A DNA stretch of 64,000 nt from Candidatus Neptunichlamydia sp. (lineage in GTDB: Bacteria; Chlamydiota; Chlamydiia; Chlamydiales; Simkaniaceae). Below are positions 29,529-40,569 of this stretch, in pieces. The stretch is taken from the NCBI GenBank assembly GCA_965233865.1, contig OZ247587.1, positions 960,001 to 1,024,000 on the forward strand, read 5' to 3'. A program made the position numbers and the translations under genes. Numbering within the stretch: the first letter of the stretch is position 1; every line of letters starts with the position of its first letter. A model generated the notes under the pieces. The model had not been told where the DNA came from and searched no databases. It worked only from the letters and a program-made list of their open reading frames with translations.

Positions 29529-31022
29529 ATGACAGAACAAAAACCTAAAGAATTCAAATCCGATGCCGTGACCTTTACCATTGAGCGAAAGCCTGAATGT
29601 ATGGTTGAATACAATGTTAAATCCTCCCCAGATGTTGTAAAGAAAGCAAGGAAAGGAGCTATTAAGTCTGTATCCAAGGAGGTTTCTCTTCCTGGATTTC
29701 GAAAGGGACGCGCTCCTGACAACCTAATCGTAAAGAAATTTGCTGAACCTTTGGATGAACAATGGCAAAAAGCTATTGCAGACGAAACTTTCCGTGAATG
29801 TCAGAAACTTGCTCATACTCCTCTCCTTAGCAATGATGCCCAAATCAGCTTCAAGATTATCAAGCACTCCCTAGAAGCTGGTGCGGAAATGACCTATACA
29901 TTTGAAACCGAGCCCGACGTTCCTGAAATTGATTTGTCAAATATTGAGATAGAAGAGATTAAACGGGATGCAGTAGATACTGGGAAACTAGACTCCACCT
30001 TGGGAGACATTCAAATGTTTTTTGCTGAGTGGGAAAAAGTTCCAGACCGAGCCGTACAGGAAGGAGATTTTGCAGCCGTTAATGTCGATATTATCGAAGA
30101 AGATCCTCCTCAAAAGGCTCTTCAAGATGCCCGCTTTGAGGTCAGCAAAATTAAAATGGCGAAGTGGATGTACGATCTCGCTATAGGAATGAAGGCTGGA
30201 GACTCCAGAGAAGGAGTTAGTGAAGCTGATGCTAACGCTTCTGAAGAGGACAAAAAGGCCATGCCCCCCAAAAAAGTGCGAATGACTCTGATCGCTGTAG
30301 AACAGGCAAAACTCCCCTCTATTGATGACGCCTTAGCACAGAAGATGGGAGCAAAAAATGTCAATGAAATGAAGGGAAACCTTGAAAAACTTCTGAACAA
30401 ACAAGCTGATGAGCACATCCAACGTGGGTACCGTGAACAAATGAGTGAGTTTCTTCTTGATCATTACCCCTTTGAACTTCCTAAAACTCTCCTTCAGAAA
30501 GAGACTCAGTTCCGAATCAAGCAACTAGTCAATGATCCTGATTTCCAGAAAAAACTCATGGCAATGAATGAAGATGAAAGAAAGATGGCAATCAATGACA
30601 TCCAAGTGCAAGGAGAGCGCGCTGTGCGCCTTTTCTATATCTCCAAAAAAATCATCCAAGATCAGAAAATTTCCGTCTCTCCAAGCGAAGTTCACCAGGA
30701 AGTAAAAACTCCAATGGAAGCTATGTTTAGCGATCAGTCTGATGTTTACACCGCAAAAGAAGAATCGCAGGAGCAAAAAGCCATTGCAATGTCTCGCTTA
30801 ATTCTGAGCAAAGCCGAAGACTTCTTGATCAGCAAGGCTAAAGTTGTCGGTCCAAAGCCAAAGAAAAATGTCGCTGTTCCCAAAAAAACTGCCGATGAGA
30901 AAGCGTCATCTGCAAAAAAAGCAACGCCTAAGAAAACAGCTGCAGGGGAAAAATCCCCTCCTAAGAAAACGACTGGAGCAAAAAAATCGGTCCCAAAGAA
31001 GAAATCAACGAAGAATTCTTGA
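29529..31022 (+). CDS. tig: trigger factor with a Lys-rich C-terminal tail
   Basis: LPGFRKGRAP ribosome-binding signature; tig-clpP-clpX order. Confidence 0.93.
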   Translation: MTEQKPKEFKSDAVTFTIERKPECMVEYNVKSSPDVVKKARKGAIKSVSKEVSLPGFRKGRAPDNLIVKKFAEPLDEQWQKAIADETFRECQKLAHTPLLSNDAQISFKIIKHSLEAGAEMTYTFETEPDVPEIDLSNIEIEEIKRDAVDTGKLDSTLGDIQMFFAEWEKVPDRAVQEGDFAAVNVDIIEEDPPQKALQDARFEVSKIKMAKWMYDLAIGMKAGDSREGVSEADANASEEDKKAMPPKKVRMTLIAVEQAKLPSIDDALAQKMGAKNVNEMKGNLEKLLNKQADEHIQRGYREQMSEFLLDHYPFELPKTLLQKETQFRIKQLVNDPDFQKKLMAMNEDERKMAINDIQVQGERAVRLFYISKKIIQDQKISVSPSEVHQEVKTPMEAMFSDQSDVYTAKEESQEQKAIAMSRLILSKAEDFLISKAKVVGPKPKKNVAVPKKTADEKASSAKKATPKKTAAGEKSPPKKTTGAKKSVPKKKSTKNS

Positions 31023-31078
31023 CCGAAGCTCATTAGATGTCTATAAAAGAATAAAACGTTAATTAAAAAGGAACCGAT

Positions 31079-31678
31079 ATGTCTTTAATACCCTATGTCA
31101 TTGAAGATACTGGGCGTGGCGAACGCTCAATGGACATCTATTCGCGTCTTCTTAAAGACAGAATTATCTTCATTGGAACTGAAATCAACGATCAGGTAGC
31201 CAATGCTGTGGTTGCACAGTTGATTTTCCTCCGTGCTGATGATCCCAAGAAAGATATCAGCATCTATATTAACTCGCCTGGCGGTGTGATCTCATCAGGC
31301 CTGGCTATCTATGACACTATCCGTTTCCTAGGAATCGACGTAAACACCTACTGTTTAGGACAGGCTGCCTCAATGGGAGCCCTCCTCTTGGCAGCAGGAA
31401 CAAAAGGAAAGCGCTTTGCCCTTCCTAATAGTCGGATCATGATCCACCAACCGCTTGGAGGGATCACTGGGTCATCTGCCGATATTCATATTCAGGCCCA
31501 AGAAATCCTCAGGATGAAAAGGGTACTTGCTCAAATTATTGCTGAACACACTGGGCAAGCCCTCGAAAAAGTCATTGAAGATTCTGACCGTGATTTTTTT
31601 ATGAGCGCCGAAAATGCGGTAAAATATGGATTAATCGATAAAGTGGTTGTCCCGACTAAAGGAAAAAAAGATAAATGA
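31079..31678 (+). CDS. clpP: ATP-dependent Clp protease proteolytic subunit (ClpP2)
   Basis: [31 protein letters not shown]. Confidence 0.96.
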   Translation: MSLIPYVIEDTGRGERSMDIYSRLLKDRIIFIGTEINDQVANAVVAQLIFLRADDPKKDISIYINSPGGVISSGLAIYDTIRFLGIDVNTYCLGQAASMGALLLAAGTKGKRFALPNSRIMIHQPLGGITGSSADIHIQAQEILRMKRVLAQIIAEHTGQALEKVIEDSDRDFFMSAENAVKYGLIDKVVVPTKGKKDK

Positions 31679-32919
31679 GCAAACCGACAAACGAGTCCCA
31701 AGAAATGGCAGTCTGCTCTTTTTGTGGGAGAACAGAAGATGCTGTTGAAAAACTTGTCTCAGGTCCTAATGCCTTCATCTGCGACAAGTGTGTCCGTCTT
31801 TGCATGGATATTGTTGAAAAAAAAACCGTTAAGCATGAGATCAAGCTTTTAAAACCCATAGAAATCAAGGAACGCCTAGACTCCTATATCATTGGACAGG
31901 AAAAAGCAAAAAAAACTATTGCTGTTGCCGTTTATAACCATTACAAACGGATTCGCTCCCTCTCTAATGAAAAAAACGAAATGGAGTATAGCAAATCAAA
32001 TGTCCTCCTTCTTGGTCCAACGGGCTCAGGTAAAACTCTCATTGCCCGCACTCTTGCAGAGGTTCTCGACGTTCCCTTTGCTATTGCTGACGCAACAACC
32101 CTTACCGAAGCTGGATACGTCGGGGAAGATGTTGAAAATATCATCCTCCGCCTTGTCCAAAATGCTGACTACGATATTGCAAAAGCTGAGCAGGGAATTA
32201 TCTACATTGATGAAATCGATAAGATCCGGAAAACCTCAGGCAATGTCTCTATTACTCGAGACGTTTCAGGAGAAGGAGTACAACAGTCTCTTCTCAAAAT
32301 TGTTGAAGGAACAGTCGCCAATGTCCCACCTAAAGGGGGACGCAAGCATCCGAACCAGGAGTATATCAAGATCAACACCCAAAACATCCTCTTTATTGTT
32401 GGAGGAGCTTTTGTTAACCTCGATAAAATCGTAGCGAAGCGTTTAGGAAAGGGGGTCATTGGATTTGATACCGAACAGCAAAACCGTGCATTCGATGCGA
32501 CAGAAACTAATTACCTCCTTTCAAAAGTTGAGACAGAAGACTTGATTGAATTTGGCCTAATCCCTGAGTTTGTAGGGCGCTTTAATAGCTTAGCAAACTG
32601 TAATGAACTTACTTTAGACGATCTTGTAGAGATCCTTGTGAAACCTAAAAATGCGATTATTGGTCAATATCAGCGTCTTTTTTCTGAAGATAGCGTGGAC
32701 CTCTCCTTTACAGAGGATGCGTTAAAGGCGATTGGTGCCAAGGCAAAGAAATCGGACACCGGCGCACGCGCTCTTCGAATGATTGTTGAGACTCTTTTAA
32801 TGGGTTTGATGTATGAAATTCCTTCCGATCCCACCGTCAGACAGGTAACCATTGAAGAAGACTGTGTCACTAATGACAAACCACCTGTCATCAAACACGC
32901 GAAAGAAGAAGCCAGTTAA
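31675..32919 (+). CDS. clpX: ATP-dependent Clp protease ATPase subunit
   Basis: CSFCG zinc finger, [28 protein letters not shown] loop. Confidence 0.97.
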   Translation: MSKPTNESQEMAVCSFCGRTEDAVEKLVSGPNAFICDKCVRLCMDIVEKKTVKHEIKLLKPIEIKERLDSYIIGQEKAKKTIAVAVYNHYKRIRSLSNEKNEMEYSKSNVLLLGPTGSGKTLIARTLAEVLDVPFAIADATTLTEAGYVGEDVENIILRLVQNADYDIAKAEQGIIYIDEIDKIRKTSGNVSITRDVSGEGVQQSLLKIVEGTVANVPPKGGRKHPNQEYIKINTQNILFIVGGAFVNLDKIVAKRLGKGVIGFDTEQQNRAFDATETNYLLSKVETEDLIEFGLIPEFVGRFNSLANCNELTLDDLVEILVKPKNAIIGQYQRLFSEDSVDLSFTEDALKAIGAKAKKSDTGARALRMIVETLLMGLMYEIPSDPTVRQVTIEEDCVTNDKPPVIKHAKEEAS

Positions 32920-34922
32920 GCTGCTGCTCCAACGCTCTCTGCTTTATAGGCGCTTCCTGCACTATAAGTTTTGACTCGGCCACTCGCTACAGCTGCTCGA
33001 TGATAATTTAGAGCTCCTTTAAGAACATCTTTTACAAGGTCTGAAGCTCCAGTATACCCCGCTAAGTCCCCATCTGTAGGCATTCCAGCAGAGGGTCTAA
33101 GAATTCTACTTAGTATGAGTCTCTCACCTTTAGGGTCTTTAAAAATTTCTCTACCAACGCTCTCATACTGAAGCTGACCTCGCACATCTCTTTCAACCTT
33201 ACTCTTTGAATCTGTCCTATAAAAGGTGCTTCGATTTAAGGCCTGGGTTGCTTCTAGAACCTCTAAGCGACGCGTAGCATGTGTATCACTTGGAGTATTG
33301 GGTGCAACTAGATAATGAACAAGTGCACCAACTTCAATCGCCTGCTGCTTATCCTGTTTTGTTGGCATGTGCTTTTTGCGACGGAAAAAACTTATATTCT
33401 CTCTTGAAACCATATCAACGTAATCACATGCAATTCTTTTTGAAAGCTCAAGACGTCGCCTATCTGTGACTGCTTTAGCTGCTGCAACATCATATTCAGA
33501 CTCTGGTCCTAAGGTAGCCAAATACTCATGTTCTGAAAGAGGAGCTAAAAGCTGTTCTCCTGTAAAAGCGAAAAAACCACCTATCAAAGTTGCGCTATCG
33601 CCGTCCCAACGCCTTTCCTGAAATTGATGAGATCTAATCATCTCCATCAAGGTAAAATGCATGACCGTGTCTTGTGAAGATTCGACCTCTTGCATCACTT
33701 GGGTGATTTCTTTGAGTTCACCCTCAATCCTTCTAATCGAGGCGACTAGCTCTTCAGTTTCTTCCTGTACTTGAAGTGCTTGCAGCTCCGCAAGTTTTTC
33801 ACTGCTCTTTGTAGATAATCCGCCTAAGATTGAACGTTTAAGGTGAGAGGTTTGCTCAATTTTATTAAGCGCTTCGGCTCCTTTTTGATTGACTTGATAC
33901 TCACCAAAGAATCTTCCCCCTCTTTTCTTTAAGAATCCAAAATGAGCCATTGTATTACCATACTTACCATGCTTAGAGCTAAGCTTTACTCTCTCATCTT
34001 GGACAGAAAAAGGACGATACAGCTCTAGGCCATTCGGATTTCCAGCATAATCATGCAAAAAACAATCTTTTGTTTTTCCAACTTCACGCTCGGTTAGGGT
34101 TTTAGTTTCTCTATTGATAGAAAGAAGCTTCGTGAAAACGCTGTCTACCATATCCTCATCGATATCATCAATATCCTGATCTTCTAAAAGACGCTCGATA
34201 TCAGCTTTGTTGGTAAGATCATACTTTACTGGAGGCTCTCCCGCTCTATTATAGACCTCAACAAAGTGCCATGTTATGCTATAGCTAATTGCTTTATTTG
34301 GCATTCCATCACGCCCACCTACACCAATTGCATGTTTAATTTTTGCGAATTGAATATCTACCTTGTGTTGACGACTCTCGTCAGGAACATCTTTGCCATC
34401 AACTTGTTTTTGCAAGTCAACGGAGCGATTAAATCCCTGCCCCTGCATAGCAGCAGTAGAAAAAACCATCTGCGCTTTGCCTTCACTGAGGTACCTTGCA
34501 ATATGTTCTTCATCAAATTCTGCGTCTGGCTGAGGAACTCGAACCAAGAGCATCCCATTTTCTGGAAATGCCTCGCCTTCATGTATATCATGAGCTTCAG
34601 TCTCTATAACAGCTGTCACCTGAGGGTTATGTGCTGTAAGAACGACTGTCGGTCCAATTTCTGCTGTGACCAGAGACTCTACTCCAGTATGCCCATCTCT
34701 ATCGCTTTCTACATTCTTCAGGCCGAGAGGGCTGGTTAGAGGGCGTGAAAGCACTTGGATACCAACTTGAGAAATATCCCTATCTAGCTCTAAATCAGTA
34801 GATTCAGATGACCATAACCTTTTTGCAGCGGCACCCACAACAGCACTTCCTACGCCTACAGCAAGCGGAGTAGCGTAATCAGAAACTAATGTAGCCATTG
34901 TTGAAAACAATTTAAAAAACAC
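32916..34922 (-). CDS. hypothetical protein, 668 aa (start uncertain)
   Basis: Long open frame with a short N-terminal hydrophobic patch and a central coiled coil; no motif recognised. Confidence 0.7.
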   Translation of the reverse strand: MFFKLFSTMATLVSDYATPLAVGVGSAVVGAAAKRLWSSESTDLELDRDISQVGIQVLSRPLTSPLGLKNVESDRDGHTGVESLVTAEIGPTVVLTAHNPQVTAVIETEAHDIHEGEAFPENGMLLVRVPQPDAEFDEEHIARYLSEGKAQMVFSTAAMQGQGFNRSVDLQKQVDGKDVPDESRQHKVDIQFAKIKHAIGVGGRDGMPNKAISYSITWHFVEVYNRAGEPPVKYDLTNKADIERLLEDQDIDDIDEDMVDSVFTKLLSINRETKTLTEREVGKTKDCFLHDYAGNPNGLELYRPFSVQDERVKLSSKHGKYGNTMAHFGFLKKRGGRFFGEYQVNQKGAEALNKIEQTSHLKRSILGGLSTKSSEKLAELQALQVQEETEELVASIRRIEGELKEITQVMQEVESSQDTVMHFTLMEMIRSHQFQERRWDGDSATLIGGFFAFTGEQLLAPLSEHEYLATLGPESEYDVAAAKAVTDRRRLELSKRIACDYVDMVSRENISFFRRKKHMPTKQDKQQAIEVGALVHYLVAPNTPSDTHATRRLEVLEATQALNRSTFYRTDSKSKVERDVRGQLQYESVGREIFKDPKGERLILSRILRPSAGMPTDGDLAGYTGASDLVKDVLKGALNYHRAAVASGRVKTYSAGSAYKAESVGAAA

Positions 34923-35162
34923 CCTCTGTATTTTAATTAATTATATCATACCATCCATTTACTTTAAATAAGTTACTAATAACAAAAATAATAATAAATT
35001 AATAGATTGAATATCAAATAGTTAGAATATAAAGAGGTCGTATCGCTTAACTCTTTATCTGCCAGCCCTTTGATAGATTTATCAAGATTTCCTGAAAATC
35101 TTACCTACTCCATAGATCGAGATTTAAAAAATAAAATTGCACCTTCAAATAAGAATGAAAAA

Positions 35163-36926
35163 TTAAGAGATTCTTTTTTCAAGATTATCGAGTTCTTCGA
35201 GAATAACTCCGGGAAGATGTCCTCCAAAAATCTTGTAATATTCACGGAGTCCCTTCACCTCTTCCTTCCAAAGAGAAGGATCGACTTCGAAGAGCTCCTT
35301 TTGAGCATTGAAATCTTTAGGTAGTAGGCCAACAGGGCTATTAATTGCTTCTCCAGTTCCTTCACACCTCTCAAAGATCCACTTTAAAACATGGATATTC
35401 TCCCCAAACCCAGGCCATAGAAACTCTCCATTTGCCCCTTTCCGAAACCAATTTGCATGGTAGATTTTCGGAGCTTTGGATCCAAGAAGCTCTCCCATTT
35501 TAAGCCAATGGCCAAAATAATCTCCCATATTGTAGCCACAAAAAGGAAGCATCGCAAAAGGGTCGTGGCGAAGTGCCCCAATCTTTCCAGCCGCAGCGGC
35601 TGTCATTTCTGAAGAAAGAGTGGTTCCTAAAAACGTGCCGTGCTGCCAAGAGAGGCTTTCAATAACAAGAGGAACAACGCTTTCCCTTCGCCCCCCCAAA
35701 ATAATCCCAGAAATTGGGACACCTTTCACATCTTCGAAAGCAGTATCAATTACAGGACACTGCTTGATGGGAGCAGTAAATCGAGAGTTCGGGTGGGCTG
35801 CTGCTTCTTTTGAATCCAGCGTCCAATCCCTTCCCTTCCAATCGGTCAAATGAGCAGGAGGTATCTCACTCATTCCTTCCCACCACACGTCGCCATCATC
35901 AGTAAGGGCAACATTGGTAAAAATGGAGTTACTTTTCATCGATTCCATTGCATTCGGATTGGAATCGTAAGAAGTTCCCGGAGCAACACCAAAGAACCCA
36001 TTTTCAGGATTGATGGCATAAAGGCGTCCATCAGAGCCTATTTTCATCCAAGCAATGTCATCTCCAACACATTCAACCTTCCATCTAGGAAGAGAAGATT
36101 GCAGCATCGCCAAATTTGTTTTCCCACAAGCACTTGGGAAAGCCGCAACAAAAAAATGCTTCCTCCCTTCGGGATTTGTAACTCTGACAATGAGCATATG
36201 CTCTGCCATCCACTTCTCATTTAGCCCTTTTGCAGAAGCAATTCGAAGAGCTAAACACTTTTTGCCCAGTAGAGCATTGCCCCCATATCCACTTCCATAG
36301 GACCAGATCTCTCGCTCTTCGGGGAAGTGCACAATGTATTTGCTATCAGCTCTACAGGGCCAAAAAGAGTCTTTCTCTCCCTTTTTAAGCGGAACTCCCA
36401 CTGAATGAAGACACGGAACAAAATCACCATCGGCTTCTAAAACCTCAAGCGCTTTTTTTCCCATTCTCGTCATAATAAATGTATTTGCAACAACATAGGG
36501 ACTATCTGTGATCTGCACCCCTATTATAGAAAAAGACGAGCCAAATGGCCCCATGCTAAAAGGGATAACATACATTTTTCTTCCCTTCATGCAGCCTTTG
36601 AAAAGAGCAATTAGTATCTGCTTCATCTTCTTTGGCTCTTTCCAGTTGTTCGTCGGGCCCGCATCCTCCTTTCTAAGAGAACAAATGAATGTACGATCCT
36701 CTACACGTGCAACATCCTTTGGATCAGAGCGGCACCAGTATGATTTGGGACGCTTAGAAAGGGGAACAAATACCCCCGCATCCACAAGCATCTGACATAC
36801 CGCATCATGCTCATTCTGAGAGCCATCACACAGCTGAACACTGTCAGGCTGACAGAGCTTTTCCATATCTTTGATCCAAGCGGCTAACCGCGCATGATTC
36901 ATCTCCATATTTCCCCCATACCACAT
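35163..36926 (-). CDS. pckG: phosphoenolpyruvate carboxykinase (GTP)
   Basis: [56 protein letters not shown]. Confidence 0.97.
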   Translation of the reverse strand: MWYGGNMEMNHARLAAWIKDMEKLCQPDSVQLCDGSQNEHDAVCQMLVDAGVFVPLSKRPKSYWCRSDPKDVARVEDRTFICSLRKEDAGPTNNWKEPKKMKQILIALFKGCMKGRKMYVIPFSMGPFGSSFSIIGVQITDSPYVVANTFIMTRMGKKALEVLEADGDFVPCLHSVGVPLKKGEKDSFWPCRADSKYIVHFPEEREIWSYGSGYGGNALLGKKCLALRIASAKGLNEKWMAEHMLIVRVTNPEGRKHFFVAAFPSACGKTNLAMLQSSLPRWKVECVGDDIAWMKIGSDGRLYAINPENGFFGVAPGTSYDSNPNAMESMKSNSIFTNVALTDDGDVWWEGMSEIPPAHLTDWKGRDWTLDSKEAAAHPNSRFTAPIKQCPVIDTAFEDVKGVPISGIILGGRRESVVPLVIESLSWQHGTFLGTTLSSEMTAAAAGKIGALRHDPFAMLPFCGYNMGDYFGHWLKMGELLGSKAPKIYHANWFRKGANGEFLWPGFGENIHVLKWIFERCEGTGEAINSPVGLLPKDFNAQKELFEVDPSLWKEEVKGLREYYKIFGGHLPGVILEELDNLEKRIS

Positions 36927-37580
36927 AGGAAATACTAATCGAAGAAAAAACTACTTCAGTTTACGAAGTAATTGCTTCAAAAGTAATTTAACACTTATTA
37001 TTTCATTTCTAAAAAATAATAATCTAAGTGATTCAGAAGTTCTAGCTTCCCCACAAAAAGGCAAAATGATTTTATGGGAGGAACATAACTATCTAATATA
37101 GCTAAAATATTTCGTTTTAGTTATACTTTTTTGAATGACGTATTCATTAGATTTTAGAAAAAAGGTACTGTTGATCCGAAGCACAGAAAATTTAAGTTTT
37201 GCCAAGACAGCAAAACGTTTTGGTGTAAGTGTAAATAGCATATTTCTTTGGTCTAAAAGGCTAGAAGCAAAGCGCACTAAAAATAGACCTGCAATAAAGA
37301 TTGAAAGAGATCGCTTGATGGAGGATATCAAAAAATACCCTGATGCCTTCAACTATGAACGAGCATATCGTCTCAATGTAAGCCCTTCAGGTGTTCGTTG
37401 TGCCATGAAGCGGCTAAGAATTAGCTATAAAAAAAACACTTAACCATCCCAAGGCTTGCAAAAAGAAGAGATCTTCTGACTACAGGTTCTGGAGAAAAAA
37501 AGAAGCTTTTCGTAAAGATCTTGTTGATTTTTGCAACAACGGAAAAGTCAATGAAGCTTTAATTCTTTGCTTTAAAGATT

Positions 37581-37808
37581 ATGCTAAAAATGGTCTCTAC
37601 AAACCCAAGTGTTACTGAAAGAAAGGAAGCTATAGACTACATCAATCAATACTCAGAGTTTGATTTACTGAAGCCTACGATATACGAAAGAAAGGTATAC
37701 CGCGATTGCATGAGCCAAGGAAAGGGAGTTCACGAACTTCAAAACAAAAAAGCATCCGAAGAAATGAACCAACTAATTGAGGGGTTGTTAAACGTATGCC
37801 CAAAGTAA
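37581..37808 (+). pseudogene. C-terminal fragment of a plasmid-type ParA/ParF ATPase
   Basis: MVSTNPSV..E..EA, TIYERKVYRDCMSQGKGVHE, KASEEMNQL; Walker A region absent. Confidence 0.7.
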
Positions 37809-38041
37809 GGCCAATCAACACAGATGTAAAAGACACAGATATCAAAAAATATGCAAGCCGTTGTAAGGATTTTGATATTGAAAAAGACACTGCAAAGAAA
37901 AATCAAGGTACCGCAAGAATATCTGTCAGTTTCTCCAACGATGAAATAGAAAATCTTAAGCATCTGTCAAACAAAGAAAACCGTAGTTTAAGTGCATTTA
38001 TTAGATTACATATCTTGAATGTTTTACATGATGTAAAGTGA
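37796..38041 (+). CDS. small ribbon-helix-helix protein (ParG/CopG-like partition adaptor)
   Basis: Overlaps the parA 3' end; flexible N-terminus then RISVSFS-NDEIENLKHLS-ENRSLSAFIR strand-helix-helix; GAGGGG RBS. Confidence 0.65.
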   Translation: MPKVRPINTDVKDTDIKKYASRCKDFDIEKDTAKKNQGTARISVSFSNDEIENLKHLSNKENRSLSAFIRLHILNVLHDVK

Positions 38042-38122
38042 TGCATTGTGAATCACTATGATTCTTTATGATGCACAACGATTCACGACTCAAAGTGCTT
38101 CATAATGATGCAGACTAATGCA
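38028..38122 (+). repeat. ten degenerate 8-mers (RTGAWKCA) at 10-bp spacing; probable partition centromere
   Basis: Units start at 38028, 38038, 38048, 38058, 38068, 38078, then 38085, 38095, 38105, 38115. Confidence 0.75.
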
Positions 38123-38214
38123 CCGTATAATCTCCAGACTCGAGCAAAAGAAAAACTCCACCAACTTGAAGCTAATGGGGTCAATCAAAATCAAGGGGAG
38201 TGTAAACGGTCATT

Positions 38215-38514
38215 AGGCCTCAACTCCTTTTGAGATCCTATTTTATTTTTTCAGTCGCTTAATCTCTTCTTCTTCCCTTGCCTGCTTCTTAGTTTTAATC
38301 AATCGACTATGGGCATGCTTACTGAGCCATACTTTTAGCGTAGAAACACCTATACCCAGATCACTTGCTACTTCTTCTATCTTTAGCTACTCTTCTCTCA
38401 CTAACTTGACCGCATTTCATTTAAATTCATCATTGAATTTTTTCATTTGCTTTTACTCTTCTTTAAGTTCGAGAAGTCTATATCATAACTGTCCTATTTT
38501 TCGGGGGAAGATCA
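38215..38514 (-). pseudogene. IS3-family left end and orfA pseudogene
   Basis: IR TGATCTTCCCCCGAAAAATAGGACA; MKKFNDEFK*NAVKLVREE*LKIEEVASDLGIGVSTLKVW...EEIKRLKK*. Confidence 0.8.
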
Positions 38515-38853
38515 AATCTATGCAAGAAAAGATCGAAGCTGCAGGCCACATCTTGGAATATCTTCCCCTATATTCCCCAGATTTAAATCCTATTGAGCAT
38601 AAATGGGCACAAGCAAAGTCTAAACGAAAAAAATATCAATGTGGAATAGATGAACTTTTTAAGGAATATTGCCTATAACTAAATTATATCAACTTAGCTA
38701 TACCAGAGGTTATAGACGGTAAACAACTGGCGCCAAGATGGGTAAGAAAAAGTTCCTAGATAAAAGCTCTAGATTTGCTCACAAACTTCGTAATCTTTCG
38801 TTTGCAAGCAAACCCACAGCTACCGATCAGCAATCCTTCACAAGCTCTACAAT

Positions 38854-40230
38854 CTACATAGCATAATTAAAGTCCGTAGTAATATCGAAGCAAACCCCAT
38901 TAGTAGCCGTAACTTCCCAGTGGGTATCGGTATTGTTTTCAATGATAGGAAGAGGGGATTGAAATATCAGGTTGTAAGAAATTTGATCATTAGGGGGAAT
39001 TCCATCAGGACTAGGATTTACATTAAACACTCCTAAATTATTATTATTAATATCTTTAGCTGAAAAAATCAGTGGCCCTGTTTCTCTAGAAGGGTCATTA
39101 TTTTTGATATCAAAGAAAATATTAGCCAAGAAAAGTGGCTCCTGAAAGCCATCCCAAAGAAGAATAGGGCCAAAAGCAGATCCGCTACAAGAAGACACAT
39201 CCTCTATAAGTTTTTTACAAATATTTTTTTCATCTGAAATAGCAAATATTTGAGGCATTTTAATAGAAGGCCCATGCATCCACATTTTAAGATAGTTTTT
39301 AGAAATTGAACAAGCAGGCCCCGAGTTTTTACTGTGACTAGGTCCTGTTTTTTTTACCCCAAATAAGTAACTTAACTTAACTCCTATATCATAAGAGCTT
39401 GCTAAACAATGCTTTCCTGATGTATACCCCCCAAATACCCCCGCTACTAAGCCTGGCGCCTTCTTCGAGTTCCAGTTAAATTCTCCGGAATAATTATTAA
39501 AAGGCTTACGGAACGATGCTTGGACTTTTAAGTCAAAATCCTCTGCAAAAGGATGAAGAAGAGAGATGCTTCCACCAAAACCACTTTTTGAAACTTGATA
39601 ACTATTTTTTATGTCATACTTCACATTGTCATAATTAACAGTTAACCCTAAAACGGTTTTAAATTTTTTAAATTGTAAGTCTGTGCCTCCACTACCTCCC
39701 CATATATTGGCTCCTGCAATTCTTCTATGGTTAGTACAGTTTTTATATAGACCTATATTTTTCTTAGCTAGATTTCTGCTCCATGAATATGAATAATATC
39801 CATCAAGTTGACAGGACTTAACAAATAAAGGAGTTGCATCTTTTTCGAATACATGCTTGAAACCAATCCCACCTGATGCTTGATGGATCCATTTTTTCTG
39901 AGAACCTGTGTAAAAATTGAATTTCAAATCTTGCATTAAATGCTCAGCATTGATTTTGACTCCAGTTCGTCCGTTGCTTCCTAAACAAAATCCTAAAGTA
40001 GTGCTGCTTCTCAATTGTTTTGGTCCAGCTTCAAACAACCCAGATACAATGCCTATATCAAAATCGTACCCTCCATTAACTTGAGCAGAAGGACCCAGGA
40101 AATTTCCATGAGAACCTTTAGATTTAATCTTTTCTTCAATTTTAATTTCAGAAAGAGTAATCGTTTCTGAAAACAGCTTTATGGAGATTAATAAGAAAAT
40201 CCCAATCTGACAAACGGTTCTTAATTTCAT
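38854..40230 (-). CDS. exported protein with an N-terminal beta-barrel-like region and a small beta-rich C-terminal domain
   Basis: Signal peptide; many amphipathic beta-strands ending in KLSYLFG; linker; AT-rich codons. Confidence 0.6.
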   Translation of the reverse strand: MKLRTVCQIGIFLLISIKLFSETITLSEIKIEEKIKSKGSHGNFLGPSAQVNGGYDFDIGIVSGLFEAGPKQLRSSTTLGFCLGSNGRTGVKINAEHLMQDLKFNFYTGSQKKWIHQASGGIGFKHVFEKDATPLFVKSCQLDGYYSYSWSRNLAKKNIGLYKNCTNHRRIAGANIWGGSGGTDLQFKKFKTVLGLTVNYDNVKYDIKNSYQVSKSGFGGSISLLHPFAEDFDLKVQASFRKPFNNYSGEFNWNSKKAPGLVAGVFGGYTSGKHCLASSYDIGVKLSYLFGVKKTGPSHSKNSGPACSISKNYLKMWMHGPSIKMPQIFAISDEKNICKKLIEDVSSCSGSAFGPILLWDGFQEPLFLANIFFDIKNNDPSRETGPLIFSAKDINNNNLGVFNVNPSPDGIPPNDQISYNLIFQSPLPIIENNTDTHWEVTATNGVCFDITTDFNYAM

Positions 40231-40409
40231 TATTGCTTGTTACCTCTTGTGAAAATGTTTATCCTTCTAGATAAAGTTATACAAATTATTTTTCAATAAT
40301 TAATCACTTGCATGAAAAGAAAGTATCGTAACGAACAATGAGAAGCTCATTTTTAAAAAAAATAATTGCAGTAAGTATAGGTTGAAAGAAAATTTGAATC
40401 AATTCAAAC

Positions 40410-40444
40410 AAAAAAAAGGCCTTCAGAATTTAATCTGAAGGCCT
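40410..40444 (-). terminator. rRNA operon terminator
   Basis: AGGCCTTCAGA/TCTGAAGGCCT stem with a minus-strand T run, downstream of 5S. Confidence 0.8.
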
Positions 40445-40453
40445 GAATGAAAA

Positions 40454-40569
40454 ACTTGGCGACGTCCTACTCTTCCGTACTCTAGTGCACAGTACCATCG
40501 GCGATGAAGAGCTTAACTGCTGAGTTCGGGATGGGATCAGGTGTGGCCTCTTCTCTAAGGTCACCAAGA
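40454..40569 (-). rRNA. rrf: 5S rRNA
   Basis: Minus strand reads ...CCTGATCCCATCCCGAACTCAGCAGTTAAGC...GCCGATGGTACT...GAGTAGGACGTCGCCAAG. Confidence 0.95.

Larger units (their letters stand above)
37097..38702 (+). mobile_element. IS630-family element with both IRs; centre (about 37475-38514) replaced by foreign DNA
   Basis: Left IR TATAGCTAAAATATTTCGTTTTAGTTATA and right IR TATAACTAAATTATATCAACTTAGCTATA; HTH ORF 37135-37443; YLPLYSPDLNPIEHKW C-terminus; outer parts nearly identical to 47818-48705. Confidence 0.9.

Noticed and set aside
38028..38122. Repeat array as CRISPR or replication iterons
   Set aside because: Units are 8 bp with 2-bp gaps and no spacers; no cas or rep gene nearby.
38406..38678. 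90-aa ORF as a standalone gene
   Set aside because: Antisense IS3 end sequence joined to the IS630 C-terminus.
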